Shown here: piece after piece, positions 1 to 9,728 of the stretch
Layout: each line of letters starts with the position of its first letter
Numbering within the stretch: position 1 is the first letter of the stretch
Program-made: the position numbers and the translations under genes
The notes under the pieces: generated by a model
Databases searched by the model: none
Told to the model about the DNA's origin: nothing
The model's input: only the letters and a program-made list of their open reading frames with translations
Source: an uncultured Acidobacteriota bacterium
GTDB lineage: Bacteria; Acidobacteriota; Vicinamibacteria; Vicinamibacterales; UBA2999
DNA length: 64,000 nucleotides
Assembly (NCBI GenBank): GCA_963734635.1
Contig: CAVTIA010000012.1
Coordinates: 71,205-135,204 of the forward strand
Reading direction: 5' to 3'

Positions 1-1347
1 CCAACCCCTTCCAACCCCTTCCCACTTCCCCCTTCCGGCGAAACTCGCCCTTCTGGCGAAGCCGCCCTCGTTCGCGCGATCGGCGTTCGTCAGCTCACCG
101 CGGCCATTGTCAACACGACGGTGGGCGCCGGGATCTTCGTGCTTCCGGCACTCGTCGCGCAGGGAATGGGCGCCGCGGCGCCGCTCGCGTTCTTGGTCTG
201 CGCGGCGATGATGGCGCTGATATCTGTGACGCTTGCGGTGGCGGGCAGCCGCGTGTCGATGACCGGCGGCATTTATGCGTATGTCGAAACCGCGTACGGT
301 CCGTACGTGGCGCTTCTCGCGGGCGTGCTCCAGTGGCTCACGGGAATGCTCGCCGTTGCGGGTGTGTCGACCGCGCTCGCCGATCAGCTCGGATCGCTCG
401 TTCCGGCGCTCCGTCTCCCGAGCGCGCGCATCGCCATACTGACCGCCATCCTCGCGACGCTCGCGTTTCTCAACGCACGAGGTGTCCGGTCAGGCACGCG
501 ACTGATCGAAGTGGTTACGGTGGCGAAGCTGGCACCGCTCCTTGTTTTCGTAGGCGTAGGAATGTTCTTCGTTGATGCCTCGGCCCTGACGTGGCCCGGA
601 ATTCCGGACGCCGATTCAGTGGCTCGGGCCGTCCTTGTTTTGATATTTGCCTACGCCGGCGTCGAGGTGGCGCTGGCGCCGAGCGGCGAGGTCCGCAATC
701 CCGCACACACCGTACCGCGCGCTATTTTTCTCGCCCTTGCGATCACCACCACGCTGTATGTAGCGATTCAGATGGTAGCCCAGGGTGTGCTGGGCCCGGC
801 GCTGGCGCAGCAAACGGCAGCCCCCCTGGCGGAGGCGGCGGCGCGCTTTCTCGGCAGTGCAGGCGCCACGCTGATGCTGGCAGGCGCTGTCTGTTCAATG
901 TTCGGCTACCAGTGCGGAGACATGCTGAGTACACCGCGCAGCCTCTATGCACTTGCGCGCGACGGATTCGCGCCTTCGATCCTTGCGTACGTCCACCCGC
1001 AGCATCGAACGCCAAGCGTGGCCATCTGGACGCATGCGGCCCTCGCCCTCGCGCTTGCCGGCACACAGACGTTTCAGGTGCTCGCAGTCATTTCCAACGT
1101 CGGCCTGCTGCTGCTGTACCTGCTGGCATGCGGCGCGGCACTGGAGCTCGCACGGCGAGACGTCCGCATGGCGGGTACGCCGTTCAGAATACGGGGCGCC
1201 AGTGCGGCCCCATTCCTCGCGGCCGGGCTCATCACCTGGGTGTTGACGACGGCAACCGTGACGGAGTTCGCGGTCACCGCCGTCGTGCTCAGCATCGCGA
1301 CTCTTGCCTATGTGGTCCGAAAACGCGCACAATCACACAGAGGCTGA
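1..1347 (+). CDS. APC-family amino acid permease (5' end off window)
   Basis: Frame 1 is open from nt 1 (..ALVRAIGVRQLTAAIVNTTVGAGIFVLPA..), so ORF 121..1347 is only the part after an internal GTG. About 12 hydrophobic segments. Stop TGA at 1345-1347. Confidence 0.8.
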   Translation, partial: PTPSNPFPLPPSGETRPSGEAALVRAIGVRQLTAAIVNTTVGAGIFVLPALVAQGMGAAAPLAFLVCAAMMALISVTLAVAGSRVSMTGGIYAYVETAYGPYVALLAGVLQWLTGMLAVAGVSTALADQLGSLVPALRLPSARIAILTAILATLAFLNARGVRSGTRLIEVVTVAKLAPLLVFVGVGMFFVDASALTWPGIPDADSVARAVLVLIFAYAGVEVALAPSGEVRNPAHTVPRAIFLALAITTTLYVAIQMVAQGVLGPALAQQTAAPLAEAAARFLGSAGATLMLAGAVCSMFGYQCGDMLSTPRSLYALARDGFAPSILAYVHPQHRTPSVAIWTHAALALALAGTQTFQVLAVISNVGLLLLYLLACGAALELARRDVRMAGTPFRIRGASAAPFLAAGLITWVLTTATVTEFAVTAVVLSIATLAYVVRKRAQSHRG

Positions 1348-1376
1348 CATCATTTACGGATTAGACGGATTTACGG

Positions 1377-1781
1377 ATGTACGAATTGGTGCGGCGCGGG
1401 CTGGCTGGGACGATACTCATCGCCGTGGCGCTCGGCGTCGCGTGCGGCCCAAGTGAGCCGCTCCGGATCGCCACGTTGCAGCTCGGTAAGTCTCTCAATC
1501 CGGATAACAGCGTCGGAACGCACACCACGCGGTTCAAGCCGGATGAGACGGTGTATGTGTCGCTGTTGTCGGATGATCCCGGCTACGGCACCGTAACGGT
1601 GCGGTGGCTTCTCAACGGCCAGGTGGTCAGCGAAGCCAAACGCGATGTGTCATACACGCGCGCGGCCGCCACCGAATTCCACCTGCAGAACTCTGGCGGC
1701 TTCCCGCACGGCAACTACCGCGTTGAGATTCTGATCAACGGTCAACCGGCCGGTAATCGCGAATTCCGCGTGGAACCCTAA
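1377..1781 (+). CDS. small secreted protein or possible lipoprotein, unknown function
   Basis: ATG at 1377. N-terminal hydrophobic segment ending ..ALGVAC-GPSEP. 134 aa. No recognisable catalytic motif. Confidence 0.55.
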   Translation: MYELVRRGLAGTILIAVALGVACGPSEPLRIATLQLGKSLNPDNSVGTHTTRFKPDETVYVSLLSDDPGYGTVTVRWLLNGQVVSEAKRDVSYTRAAATEFHLQNSGGFPHGNYRVEILINGQPAGNREFRVEP

Positions 1782-2007
1782 TCAAGCGGCTTGTTCTGGT
1801 TCCCCGCCCCGTGGCGCAGGCCACAGCGTGGACACTCGGTGGGCGGAAGACTGTTGTCCACCCTGTGCTGCGCCGGCGGTATCGTCTTGACGTAGGCGAA
1901 TATCGCCTTGAGATCGGTCGAATGCCGACGATGGCGGGCAGCGCCGCAATAGCTAGAAGAACGAGCGCGAACAGGGACAGACCGATTCTCTTGAACCACC
2001 GGCGCAT
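1778..2007 (-). pseudogene. relic of a membrane-anchored c-type cytochrome (internal deletion plus frameshift)
   Basis: ATG at 2007 with GGAG about 10 nt upstream gives the signal anchor MRRWFKRIGLSLFALVLLAIAALPAIVGI. Another frame ending at 1778 encodes ..DLKAIFAYVKTIPPAQHRVDNSLPP.., a typical cytochrome c C-terminal tail. No CxxCH segment lies between them. Confidence 0.35.
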
Positions 2008-2123
2008 TGAGGAAACTCCGTGTATGAGTGGAAGCCAAAACGACCCACTATACACGGACGATCGACCCGAGGAATCAGCGCAATGGAACGCGTGGGCTGA
2101 AGCCCACGCGCTACAGGCGCAGA

Positions 2124-2993
2124 TCAGCGCGCCGGCGCCGGCACCGATTGAATGATCCGTCTCTCCAATCCCATCATCGGCGCCTTCTCGATCGTGAAAT
2201 CGGCGGGCACCTGGAATAACTCTGGCGCCGGTTCTTCGCGAACGATTCGTTCGAGGCGGTACGTGGTCTCGCCAAATCGCGGGTCGGATCGTCGCGAAAA
2301 GAGCACTACCTGTAGCTCGGGTGAATACCACCGCTCATTGACCATTTCAATGGGAGCGGCGTTGCCGATTGCACCGGCCGGTATCGTCACCACGGTCCGA
2401 GTGCCGTCTGCCGTCACGCCCTCGATGTCGCGCTTGCCTAGTGATTCGGTTCGCGTCTCTGGAGCCGGGGCCGACGCCGTGGGCGGAAACGCGCGCACGG
2501 GGCCTTCAATCTTTCTCGTAAACATCACCGGCGATTGGATCGCGACCTTCCTCGTCAAATCCAGCGAGTAATGCACCTTCGCCACCGGATCGTTGATCGT
2601 GATGATCTGCGTGTCGCGCTGCGGCAGGATTGGCCCGATGGCGGCCAGCTGCTGCTCGCGGCGGACGCGCCCTTCACCGTCGCGCGCAACCGAGCTGGTC
2701 AAACGCCGTTCGATGCGATTGCCGTCCGCAAGCTGCTGGAGAATTTCGGTCGTCATCTCTGCCGAGTATGGCGCGCCCGTCACCGGTTCGCCCGCGTCGA
2801 ACGGCTCGACGGCCAGCACGTCCACCGGAAGCTCGAAATGAAACGCCCCGCCGGCCACTGCCACGCCGCCCGATTGCCCGGAGGGATCGAGCGGACCGGA
2901 ACGGAAAAACAGGACATCCCGATCCTGTCCAGAAGCGCCCGCGACGCTTGCCAGTCCGACAACCAGCACGGTGAGGCATGCATACGTCTTCAT
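2124..2993 (-). CDS. secreted hypothetical protein, last gene of the sigma/anti-sigma operon
   Basis: Internal ATG gives the signal peptide MKTYACLTVLVVGLASVAGASGQ. Same strand as, and directly downstream of, the anti-sigma gene. Confidence 0.6.
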   Translation of the reverse strand: MKTYACLTVLVVGLASVAGASGQDRDVLFFRSGPLDPSGQSGGVAVAGGAFHFELPVDVLAVEPFDAGEPVTGAPYSAEMTTEILQQLADGNRIERRLTSSVARDGEGRVRREQQLAAIGPILPQRDTQIITINDPVAKVHYSLDLTRKVAIQSPVMFTRKIEGPVRAFPPTASAPAPETRTESLGKRDIEGVTADGTRTVVTIPAGAIGNAAPIEMVNERWYSPELQVVLFSRRSDPRFGETTYRLERIVREEPAPELFQVPADFTIEKAPMMGLERRIIQSVPAPAR

Positions 2994-3101
2994 CGCTCTC
3001 CCCCTGTTTCCCACCAACCAAGGGGCGCTACCCTTGTCATTCCATCGGCGCGCCCCTTGGCTGGTGGGTCAGTATCTTCTTGCCGCGCTCTGCGCGGCTG
3101 G

Positions 3102-3707
3102 CTAATCGCTCACGAGCGTGGCATGTCGAATCGACTGTGCCACACCATCGTCCCCCACCAGCATTTCGACTTCAACGACACCGTCCAGGTTGGGATCTAC
3201 GATTGGCATCCCAAGAGAGGCCAGCGCCGCCCTGGACATGCGGGCACGTACGACGTGCAGCGCTGACGGATCGACAAGCGGCCCCGGCACGATGACATAG
3301 CCCACGGATCCGTCGATCGCAACTGGAGATCTCGCCGAAACTGCTACCGGCGACGCCAACTCAGCATTCCTACTACTCTCTTCCAATACCGGACCGGGTC
3401 CAGAGGAAATTGCGGGCACGTCAATGGAAACGGCATTGGTTGTGGGCACTGCGTCGCGCGTGGGATGGCGTGCCGACTCGCGTTGAAGTCCAGCCGCGGC
3501 CAGCATGAGGGCTGCAGCCGCAGGGACGACCACCCACGCGAGCCGCCCAGGCTGACGGTGAATACGGCGTCGCCTTCGAACCCCGTGTTGCTGATCCCAC
3601 TCGCGCAGCACAGCATCGTGCACCCGGGCCGACACTCTTACGCGCTCGTCATCCGCGGCAAGCGCCCGGAGCGCCTCGTCAACCAACACGTCGCGTTCGT
3701 GACTCAT
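3102..3707 (-). CDS. anti-sigma factor-like membrane protein
   Basis: Its ATG overlaps the sigma stop (ATGA at 3704-3707). N-terminal cytoplasmic segment MSHERDVLVDEALRAL.., one TM helix (WVVVPAAAALMLAAAGL), then an extracytoplasmic tail. Confidence 0.6.
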   Translation of the reverse strand: MSHERDVLVDEALRALAADDERVRVSARVHDAVLREWDQQHGVRRRRRIHRQPGRLAWVVVPAAAALMLAAAGLQRESARHPTRDAVPTTNAVSIDVPAISSGPGPVLEESSRNAELASPVAVSARSPVAIDGSVGYVIVPGPLVDPSALHVVRARMSRAALASLGMPIVDPNLDGVVEVEMLVGDDGVAQSIRHATLVSD

Positions 3708-4309
3708 ACGACACACCTCGCGGCTCGGCGAGGAACAGCATCGGGGCTTTCAGCTTCGCGCAGCCGCTTCGCAATGATCCTGCGTCCGCGGTTCAGGCGC
3801 GATCGCACCGTACCCACCGGCGTGCCGAGAATCGCGGCTACGTCGGCATAGGACAAGCCATGAATCGCACAAAGAATTACCACTTCCCTGAATTGCGACG
3901 GCAAGCCGGCGATAACCCGACGCAACTGCCCTCGTTCTTCCGAACGCTCGAAAGAACTCGCCGGATCCGAATTGGCAATCGGTTCCCGTTCCCCGGTGAC
4001 GTCGAGCCTCACGAAGCGGCGGTTTCGCCGAAGCGTGCTTCGCGCCAGGTTTCGCGCCACTCCGTACAAATAAGTCGATATGCGCGAGCACTTCGGCTCA
4101 TAGCGATGCAGCTCGCGCAGGAATACCGTGAACGTTTCCTGCGTCACGTCCTCGCCAATCGCCTGGGAGCCGCTCATCATGCGGGCAAATCGGTAAACCA
4201 CCGCATGATAGCGGTGGTAAATCTCAGCGAACGCTTCGCGCTCGCCGCTCTGGGCGCGACGAACGAGCTCGTCGTCAGGTTCGTCGTGCAGGCTCGAAGG
4301 CGCCGCCAT
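3704..4309 (-). CDS. ECF (sigma-70 family) RNA polymerase sigma factor
   Basis: Region 2 (..VRRAQSGEREAFAEIYHRYHAVVYRFARMM..) and region 4 HTH (..ILCAIHGLSYADVAAILGTPVGTVRSRLNRGR..). Start placed at the MAAPSSL methionine. Confidence 0.8.
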   Translation of the reverse strand: MAAPSSLHDEPDDELVRRAQSGEREAFAEIYHRYHAVVYRFARMMSGSQAIGEDVTQETFTVFLRELHRYEPKCSRISTYLYGVARNLARSTLRRNRRFVRLDVTGEREPIANSDPASSFERSEERGQLRRVIAGLPSQFREVVILCAIHGLSYADVAAILGTPVGTVRSRLNRGRRIIAKRLREAESPDAVPRRAARCVV

Positions 4310-4425
4310 CTGGCAATGATTGCCTGACAGCGGGAAAAAGTTCCCGCCGCCAGGTGCACGGCGGGCGCTGGAGACGCCCGCCAAGCCCTAAGACGCAGAG
4401 AGAGCGGCGCCGGTTTGCGCTCGAG

Positions 4426-6132
4426 TCAGCGAGTGGCTGTTTCGGCGGCCGCGTCGTACACGACCCGTCCACCGACAATCGTCATCACCGACTTGATCAG
4501 GTGAATGTCGTCGGCCGGCACCGTCAGGTAGTCGCGATCCGTGATGAACATGTCGGCCAGCTTGCCCGGAGCGATGGAGCCCAGATCGTTTTCACGATTG
4601 AGGAAGTACGCGTTGTTACGCGTGTGGGCGACCAGCGCATCCTCCCTGCTGATGGGGTACTTCATGGTCACCTTGCCGGCGCCCGCACCGAGCAATTTGC
4701 CGGTGACCGCCCACCCGAGCGTCGTGAACGGCCTGTACTGATTCACCTCGAACGCATCGGTGCCGAAGCCCCAATGGATTCCACTGTCCTGCACCAACTT
4801 GAGGTTGGGCATGGCGTAGCCGCGCTCACCGAAGCGTCGGACGAACGCGGCGCCTGCGATGACACCACGCGGGTGGATCGCCACCCACATGCCGAGCTTC
4901 CGCATGCGTTCGAGCTGGTTCGCCGTGACCTGCTCCATGTGCATGAACGTCCATCGCTTCCCACGCACCGGCACCTCTGAAGCGAACGCCTCGATCTGTT
5001 TGAGCTGCTCCTCGATGGTCCACTCCTGGGTCGTGTGGATCATGACCGGAATACCAGCCTGCGCCACCGCCTTGGCCATGCGGCCCCACTCGTTCCACGT
5101 CGCGGCGGGTACTGTGGGTTTCGTGTCGTAGACGTTGTCGGGAACGTTGACCAACCGCTCGCCCCAGTTGACGTGATCGATCCATTCGTCGCCGTCGAAG
5201 TACCGAAGTTTCGGAATCTCGGCAATCACCTGATCGGTGTTGCGCCCCTGGCCGGTGGACGTGCGAAAGCAGAAGAACCGCATGGCAACCGCCTTGCCCT
5301 CTTTGATCCACTGGCGATATTCGTTCTCGAACTGGCACGCGCCTCCTGACGCCGTCAGGCCCGCTACGGCGAAGTCCTTGAGCATTTGCATGCTGCTCGA
5401 TTCGAAGATCTCCTTCGGGATGTTCTTCAGAACCCCCGACGCGTTGCGGAGAATGCCGCCGACGCGATCGCCGTCGACGATGCCGGTGGCCCGACCGCTG
5501 GCGTCGCGCCGGATCTCCGCATCCGTCATCTTCTCCATCCCGGTTGCCTCGATCGCCTTGCTGTTCAGGTAATACGCCTCACGCGAGAACTGCAGGAATG
5601 CGGGGTTGTCTGGCAGGATTTTGTCCAATTCCTCACGCGTGAACGGCCGCGGATCGTCGGTGAACACATCCGGCGCCCAGCCGCCGAGCGTGAAGATCCA
5701 TTTGCCCGGTCCCTTCAGCTTCGCCCGCGCGCGTAGAATCTCGATGGCCTGCTTGCGCGTGGTGACGCCGTCGAGACGGTCTTCGAGCGTCCAGTACGCG
5801 CCTTCCTCCTGGTAGTGCGCATGGTTGTCAATGAACCCTGGCATCAACGCGCGGCCGCGGAGATCGATCCGCCGCGTATTGGGGCCCGCCAGTGCGTTGA
5901 TCTGCTGGTTCGTCCCGACCGCGAGAATCCGGTCGCCGCGGATGGCTACCGCCTGGGCGATCGAGAACTTCTCGTCGACGGTGATTACCTTGCCGTTCGT
6001 CAGCACGATATCTGCGCGTGCTGCCGCATCGGGGCCTTGGGCGGAAGCGGACTGCTGCGTACGCGCGAACAGGAAAACGCCAATAAGTACAGCGACCGCA
6101 AGTAGCACCGGTTTCCGACTTACACGTGTCAT
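4426..6132 (-). CDS. secreted amidohydrolase-family (Amidohydro_3-like) metallohydrolase
   Basis: Signal/TM MTRVSRKPVLLAVAVLIGVFLF. ..PGFIDNHAHY.. metal-binding motif. Long TIM-barrel-type body. C-terminal ..DRDYLTVPADDI... Confidence 0.7.
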   Translation of the reverse strand: MTRVSRKPVLLAVAVLIGVFLFARTQQSASAQGPDAAARADIVLTNGKVITVDEKFSIAQAVAIRGDRILAVGTNQQINALAGPNTRRIDLRGRALMPGFIDNHAHYQEEGAYWTLEDRLDGVTTRKQAIEILRARAKLKGPGKWIFTLGGWAPDVFTDDPRPFTREELDKILPDNPAFLQFSREAYYLNSKAIEATGMEKMTDAEIRRDASGRATGIVDGDRVGGILRNASGVLKNIPKEIFESSSMQMLKDFAVAGLTASGGACQFENEYRQWIKEGKAVAMRFFCFRTSTGQGRNTDQVIAEIPKLRYFDGDEWIDHVNWGERLVNVPDNVYDTKPTVPAATWNEWGRMAKAVAQAGIPVMIHTTQEWTIEEQLKQIEAFASEVPVRGKRWTFMHMEQVTANQLERMRKLGMWVAIHPRGVIAGAAFVRRFGERGYAMPNLKLVQDSGIHWGFGTDAFEVNQYRPFTTLGWAVTGKLLGAGAGKVTMKYPISREDALVAHTRNNAYFLNRENDLGSIAPGKLADMFITDRDYLTVPADDIHLIKSVMTIVGGRVVYDAAAETATR

Positions 6133-6225
6133 GACATCCTCCAATGGACCATCCCCCGCCCCGACCGGCAGGGCGGCCACGGGCCGCGAGAACGCGCAAT
6201 GGTACTGCGTTTAATGTGAGTACGG

Positions 6226-6249
6226 TAGCCGGAGACCTTCAGGTCTCCG
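6226..6249. repeat. REP-like element, type B (GTAG flank plus hairpin CGGAGACC-TTCA-GGTCTCCG)
   Basis: 8-bp perfect stem at 6230-6237/6242-6249 with loop TTCA, preceded by GGTAG. Same element in reverse orientation at 47389..47415. Confidence 0.8.
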
Positions 6250-6280
6250 AAGACTGGCGTAGAATCACAAACGCCTGACC

Positions 6281-7630
6281 ATGAGATTTCTGCTGGCCGG
6301 TTTCGTCGCGGCAACGGTCCTCGTCGGCGCCGCCCAGACCCCGGCTCCCGCAACCGCTGTTTTGTATGAGGGAGCACGACTCATCACGGGAGACGGGACC
6401 GCGCCGATCGAGCGATCCGCGTTCCTGGTTCAGGCCGGTCGTTTCGTCCGTGTGGGTCGCCAGGGCGAAAACCTGGCTGGCCCCGATGTGCGTCGGGTGG
6501 ACCTCACCGGCAAGACCGTCATCCCCGCCCTGATCGATGCGCATTCGCACATCGGCTACATGAAGAACCTCACGAGCGGGCCGCAGAATTACACCCGCGA
6601 GAACATCCTCGACCACTTGTATCGGTTCGCGTATTTCGGCGTGGCGGCCAGCCAGGCGATGGGCAGCGACTACGGCGAGCTGCCGTTTCAGATCAGGAAC
6701 GAGACACGCGCTGGCAAGCATCCCGATGCGGCGCGATTTCTGACTGCCGGCCGAGGCCTGGCGCCACTCGAAGAAATCAGCCACGAGAACATGCGCCACG
6801 CCGCGTATGTGGTGACCACAGTCGAGGGCGCCCGTGCCGACGTGCAGGAACTGGCCAGGCTCCAGGTCCCGCTGATCAAGACGTGGGTGGACACCAGAGG
6901 CGGCACGATCAAGACGCTGACGCCCGACTTGTACGGCGCGATCTTCGACGAGGCCCACAAACATGGATTGCGCGTGGCGGTGCATGCAACCGGACTGCGC
7001 GAAGCCAAGGACCTGCTGCGGGCAGGCGTCGACGTGTTTGCTCACATGATCAGCGACGTCGATGACGAACTGCTGGCGCTCTTCAAGCAGCATCCCAGGA
7101 CGACGGTGCTGCTGGCGCTCAGCGCGCCGCGCCGCATCGTCTCCGCACCCTGGCTCAATCCACCCAATCCGCTCATCCGCGAGACGGTTCGGCCCGAGCA
7201 GATCAAACGGCTGCAGGACCGCCTCGGGGGGCAGTCACCGGAGACCGTCGAACAGGGACGTCAGGCGTGGGACCGGTTGGCTCGCGGCGTTCGCCTGCTC
7301 TCGGCGGCGGGAGTCAAGATTGGCGTTGGAACCGATGGCGGCGGGCAGAACGGCGATCAATTCGTCGGCTGGACGATGCACGCGGAGCTCGAAAACATGG
7401 TGGTGGCCGGAATGACTCCGGCGCAGGTGCTCGTTGCGGCCACGAGGAATTCCGCAGAGATCCTCGGATTGGACGACCTCGGCACGGTGGCGCCCGGCAA
7501 GAGCGCCGACTTCGTCGTGCTCGACGCCAACCCGCTCGACGACATTACGAACACGCGGCGGATTTCACGAGTGTTCCTGCGGGGGCATGAAGTGGACCGC
7601 GCCGGTCTCAGAGCGAAAGTTGGGAGTTGA
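6281..7630 (+). CDS. secreted amidohydrolase-family protein
   Basis: Signal peptide MRFLLAGFVAATVLVGAAQT. ..ALIDAHSHIGY.. and ..VAVHATG.. / ..GVGTDGGG.. metal-ligand motifs. Confidence 0.7.
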   Translation: MRFLLAGFVAATVLVGAAQTPAPATAVLYEGARLITGDGTAPIERSAFLVQAGRFVRVGRQGENLAGPDVRRVDLTGKTVIPALIDAHSHIGYMKNLTSGPQNYTRENILDHLYRFAYFGVAASQAMGSDYGELPFQIRNETRAGKHPDAARFLTAGRGLAPLEEISHENMRHAAYVVTTVEGARADVQELARLQVPLIKTWVDTRGGTIKTLTPDLYGAIFDEAHKHGLRVAVHATGLREAKDLLRAGVDVFAHMISDVDDELLALFKQHPRTTVLLALSAPRRIVSAPWLNPPNPLIRETVRPEQIKRLQDRLGGQSPETVEQGRQAWDRLARGVRLLSAAGVKIGVGTDGGGQNGDQFVGWTMHAELENMVVAGMTPAQVLVAATRNSAEILGLDDLGTVAPGKSADFVVLDANPLDDITNTRRISRVFLRGHEVDRAGLRAKVGS

Positions 7631-7649
7631 GTTGAACCTCACATGAAAA

Positions 7650-7741
7650 GAGGCACAAAGTCACAGAGCAAATATCTGCTCCGTGTCTCTGTGCCTCCCG
7701 TCCTTCGACTTCGCTCAGGACGCCCCGAGCAAAGTCGAGGG
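7650..7741. repeat. two long imperfect hairpins between convergent genes (terminator or REP-like)
   Basis: 7650..7697 is a 21-bp stem with 3 mismatches and loop AATATC. 7702..7741 is an ~18-bp stem, CCTTCGACTTCGCTCAGG / CCCCGAGCAAAGTCGAGGG. Confidence 0.6.
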
Positions 7742-7779
7742 GCGTGGCCCGTGCTCGATGTGCCTTTGACCTGATTACC

Positions 7780-7799
7780 GCGCACGCTTAAGCGTGCGC
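7780..7799 (-). terminator. perfect palindrome GCGCACGC-TTAA-GCGTGCGC, 4 nt after the stop of the LVIVD gene
   Basis: 8-bp GC-rich stem with a 4-nt loop directly downstream (minus strand) of TAG at 7804-7806. No U-tract follows, so intrinsic-terminator status is uncertain. Confidence 0.4.
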
Positions 7800-7803
7800 T
7801 CTA

Positions 7804-9309
7804 CTATTTCTGAGCGGTGCTCTGTCCAGGGAAGTTCGCAATGCGGCGCGCGGCACCGGTCAGCTCGACGATGTGGAGCCCCGTGTTCGCACGGTCGGCG
7901 ATGTAGACATACCCACGGTCGTCCACTTCTACGTTGTTGCTCTGAATGGCCACCTTGCAGCGGCGGTCGGGAGAGTTGGCCTGGCCAACGCACCGCTGGT
8001 CGGTCTTGTCGGTGGTCGCGGGAATGTAATAGGCGACCTCTTTCAGATCATAGGGATCGCGCACGTCGACCACCCGCAGGCCGGCGTTGAAGTACGTGAC
8101 AAACAGCAGGCGCCCGTAATAGATCGACGTCGTATTCTCGTGCGACGCGTGCGCGCCGAAGCGCCCACCGCGTTCGCAGAAGTTACCGCTCGCCTCGGGT
8201 ACGCCCCACGACTCGACGCCAATCGGGTTGGTGTCCCACGTGATGTCCACCATCCGGACGAACTGCCTGTTCTCGAGGCACTCGTTGCCTGTCGTCTCAC
8301 CGACGACGGCCAGAAAGTCGCGATGTGGGCCCCCCGTGGTCAGACGCGGGATCGTGTCGCCATGTTCGTGACCCATGCCTGGCTGCGGATGATTGGCTGG
8401 CGGACGCTGCTTGGCGAACTCCGGCATCGGCATACCGAGCAGTGGCAGCGCCGTGTGAGCGCCAGACTCGGGTGGAAGGTCGATCTGCGTAATAACCGGG
8501 TAGCGCAGGTTTGCCTCGGTCGGCTCTTTCGGACCGTTCAGGAGCTTCTCGCGGTCGACGATCTGGACGATGCCGCCGCGGCCCGTGCCGTGTGAGAAAT
8601 AAACGCGGTTGCCCTTGGGGCCGAGTGAAATCGGTCCGTGGAGATCCGTCGGGACGGCCCCGGTCGAGCCCGGCTGCTGGCCAACAACGCCGTAATCACG
8701 GATGAAGACCGGACTGGCGGGATTGCTCAGGTCGTAGATCTTCGTCATTCGCTGGGCGCGCCATGCGGGATCACCCGACACGAGGTAACCGATACCGGTG
8801 TCGCATTCCCAGAAGCTCTTGTGGGTATCGCGCAGCCCGCTGACGACAACCGTGACGCGCGACGGCTTTTCCGGCGTGGTCACGTCCCATATCTCGTGCC
8901 CCGAGCCGCCGAACGAACGCAGCAGATAGACCTTGGTACGATCGGCGCGCGGCAGCGTGGCGCCGCTGCACACCGCCGCCATCTGGGCGCCGCCGCCTTC
9001 ACCCTGGCCGGCATCGCCAGGAATATGGAAAAGGTAGCGTGGGCTGCGCGGGTTGGTGACATCGAGGATCGATGTCCCGTTCGGTTCCATGCGGCCCGTC
9101 AGGGGGTTCATCATCTGGCCGCCATGGTGGCCGACGTACGCGATGTAACGATCGCCCTGCCGATGGATGGTCGGCATGTACGCGCTTCGGGCCTGCAGGT
9201 CGTTGTGCGCGAGCAAAGCCATATCCCGCGACTCTGCCTTGTTCTGTGCCGTCAGTCCGGCGCCGAACGCAAGGACGAACCCGGCCACCACAAAATGCCA
9301 ACGTCTCAT
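7804..9309 (-). CDS. secreted LVIVD-repeat-like beta-propeller protein
   Basis: Signal peptide MRRWHFVVAGFVLAFGAGLTAQ. Repeated ..GLRVVDVRDPYDLKEV.., ..YVYIADRANTGLHIVELT.., ..TSILDVTNPRSP.. motifs. Family assignment is from memory. Confidence 0.6.
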   Translation of the reverse strand: MRRWHFVVAGFVLAFGAGLTAQNKAESRDMALLAHNDLQARSAYMPTIHRQGDRYIAYVGHHGGQMMNPLTGRMEPNGTSILDVTNPRSPRYLFHIPGDAGQGEGGGAQMAAVCSGATLPRADRTKVYLLRSFGGSGHEIWDVTTPEKPSRVTVVVSGLRDTHKSFWECDTGIGYLVSGDPAWRAQRMTKIYDLSNPASPVFIRDYGVVGQQPGSTGAVPTDLHGPISLGPKGNRVYFSHGTGRGGIVQIVDREKLLNGPKEPTEANLRYPVITQIDLPPESGAHTALPLLGMPMPEFAKQRPPANHPQPGMGHEHGDTIPRLTTGGPHRDFLAVVGETTGNECLENRQFVRMVDITWDTNPIGVESWGVPEASGNFCERGGRFGAHASHENTTSIYYGRLLFVTYFNAGLRVVDVRDPYDLKEVAYYIPATTDKTDQRCVGQANSPDRRCKVAIQSNNVEVDDRGYVYIADRANTGLHIVELTGAARRIANFPGQSTAQK

Positions 9310-9728
9310 GTAGCTCTCCCTCGATAAAAAGTGTGAGTGCGTCGGACGTGCAATTCTTACTTGATGCGCTTATAGAGCAGACGCATAGGACTGTCAAATG
9401 ATATTGAGATTCGACTCGTTTGCGGATTTCGCTGGTTTTCCGAGCGAAGTCGCCGGTGTTGACGGCCCGCCCGCCCGTGGCAATCAGATTCCGGCGACTG
9501 GCGACACGACCGCTGTCCTCGCCCGATCGGTGGATTGTGCTCGAGCCTGGTCGCGAGATGTGGCGGCACTGCGCTTCCAGAAGTGTGTGTACACACCGAA
9601 TTTTTCCTAGTCCGAATCATCATTTCACCAGCTCTGCTACAAAAATTTCAGAAAATTGACGGATTTCGACCGAGGCGGCGCAGGCACATCGTTTGAACTC
9701 GTCTGTCGCGTCTGGGGGCAGAGTCGGT

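Noticed and set aside
1351-1379. Short direct repeats TTACGGAT / TAGACGGAT / TTACGGAT immediately upstream of the ATG at 1377
   Set aside because: Only three imperfect 8-9 nt units within 28 nt, with no second occurrence in the window. This is too little to call a regulatory site.
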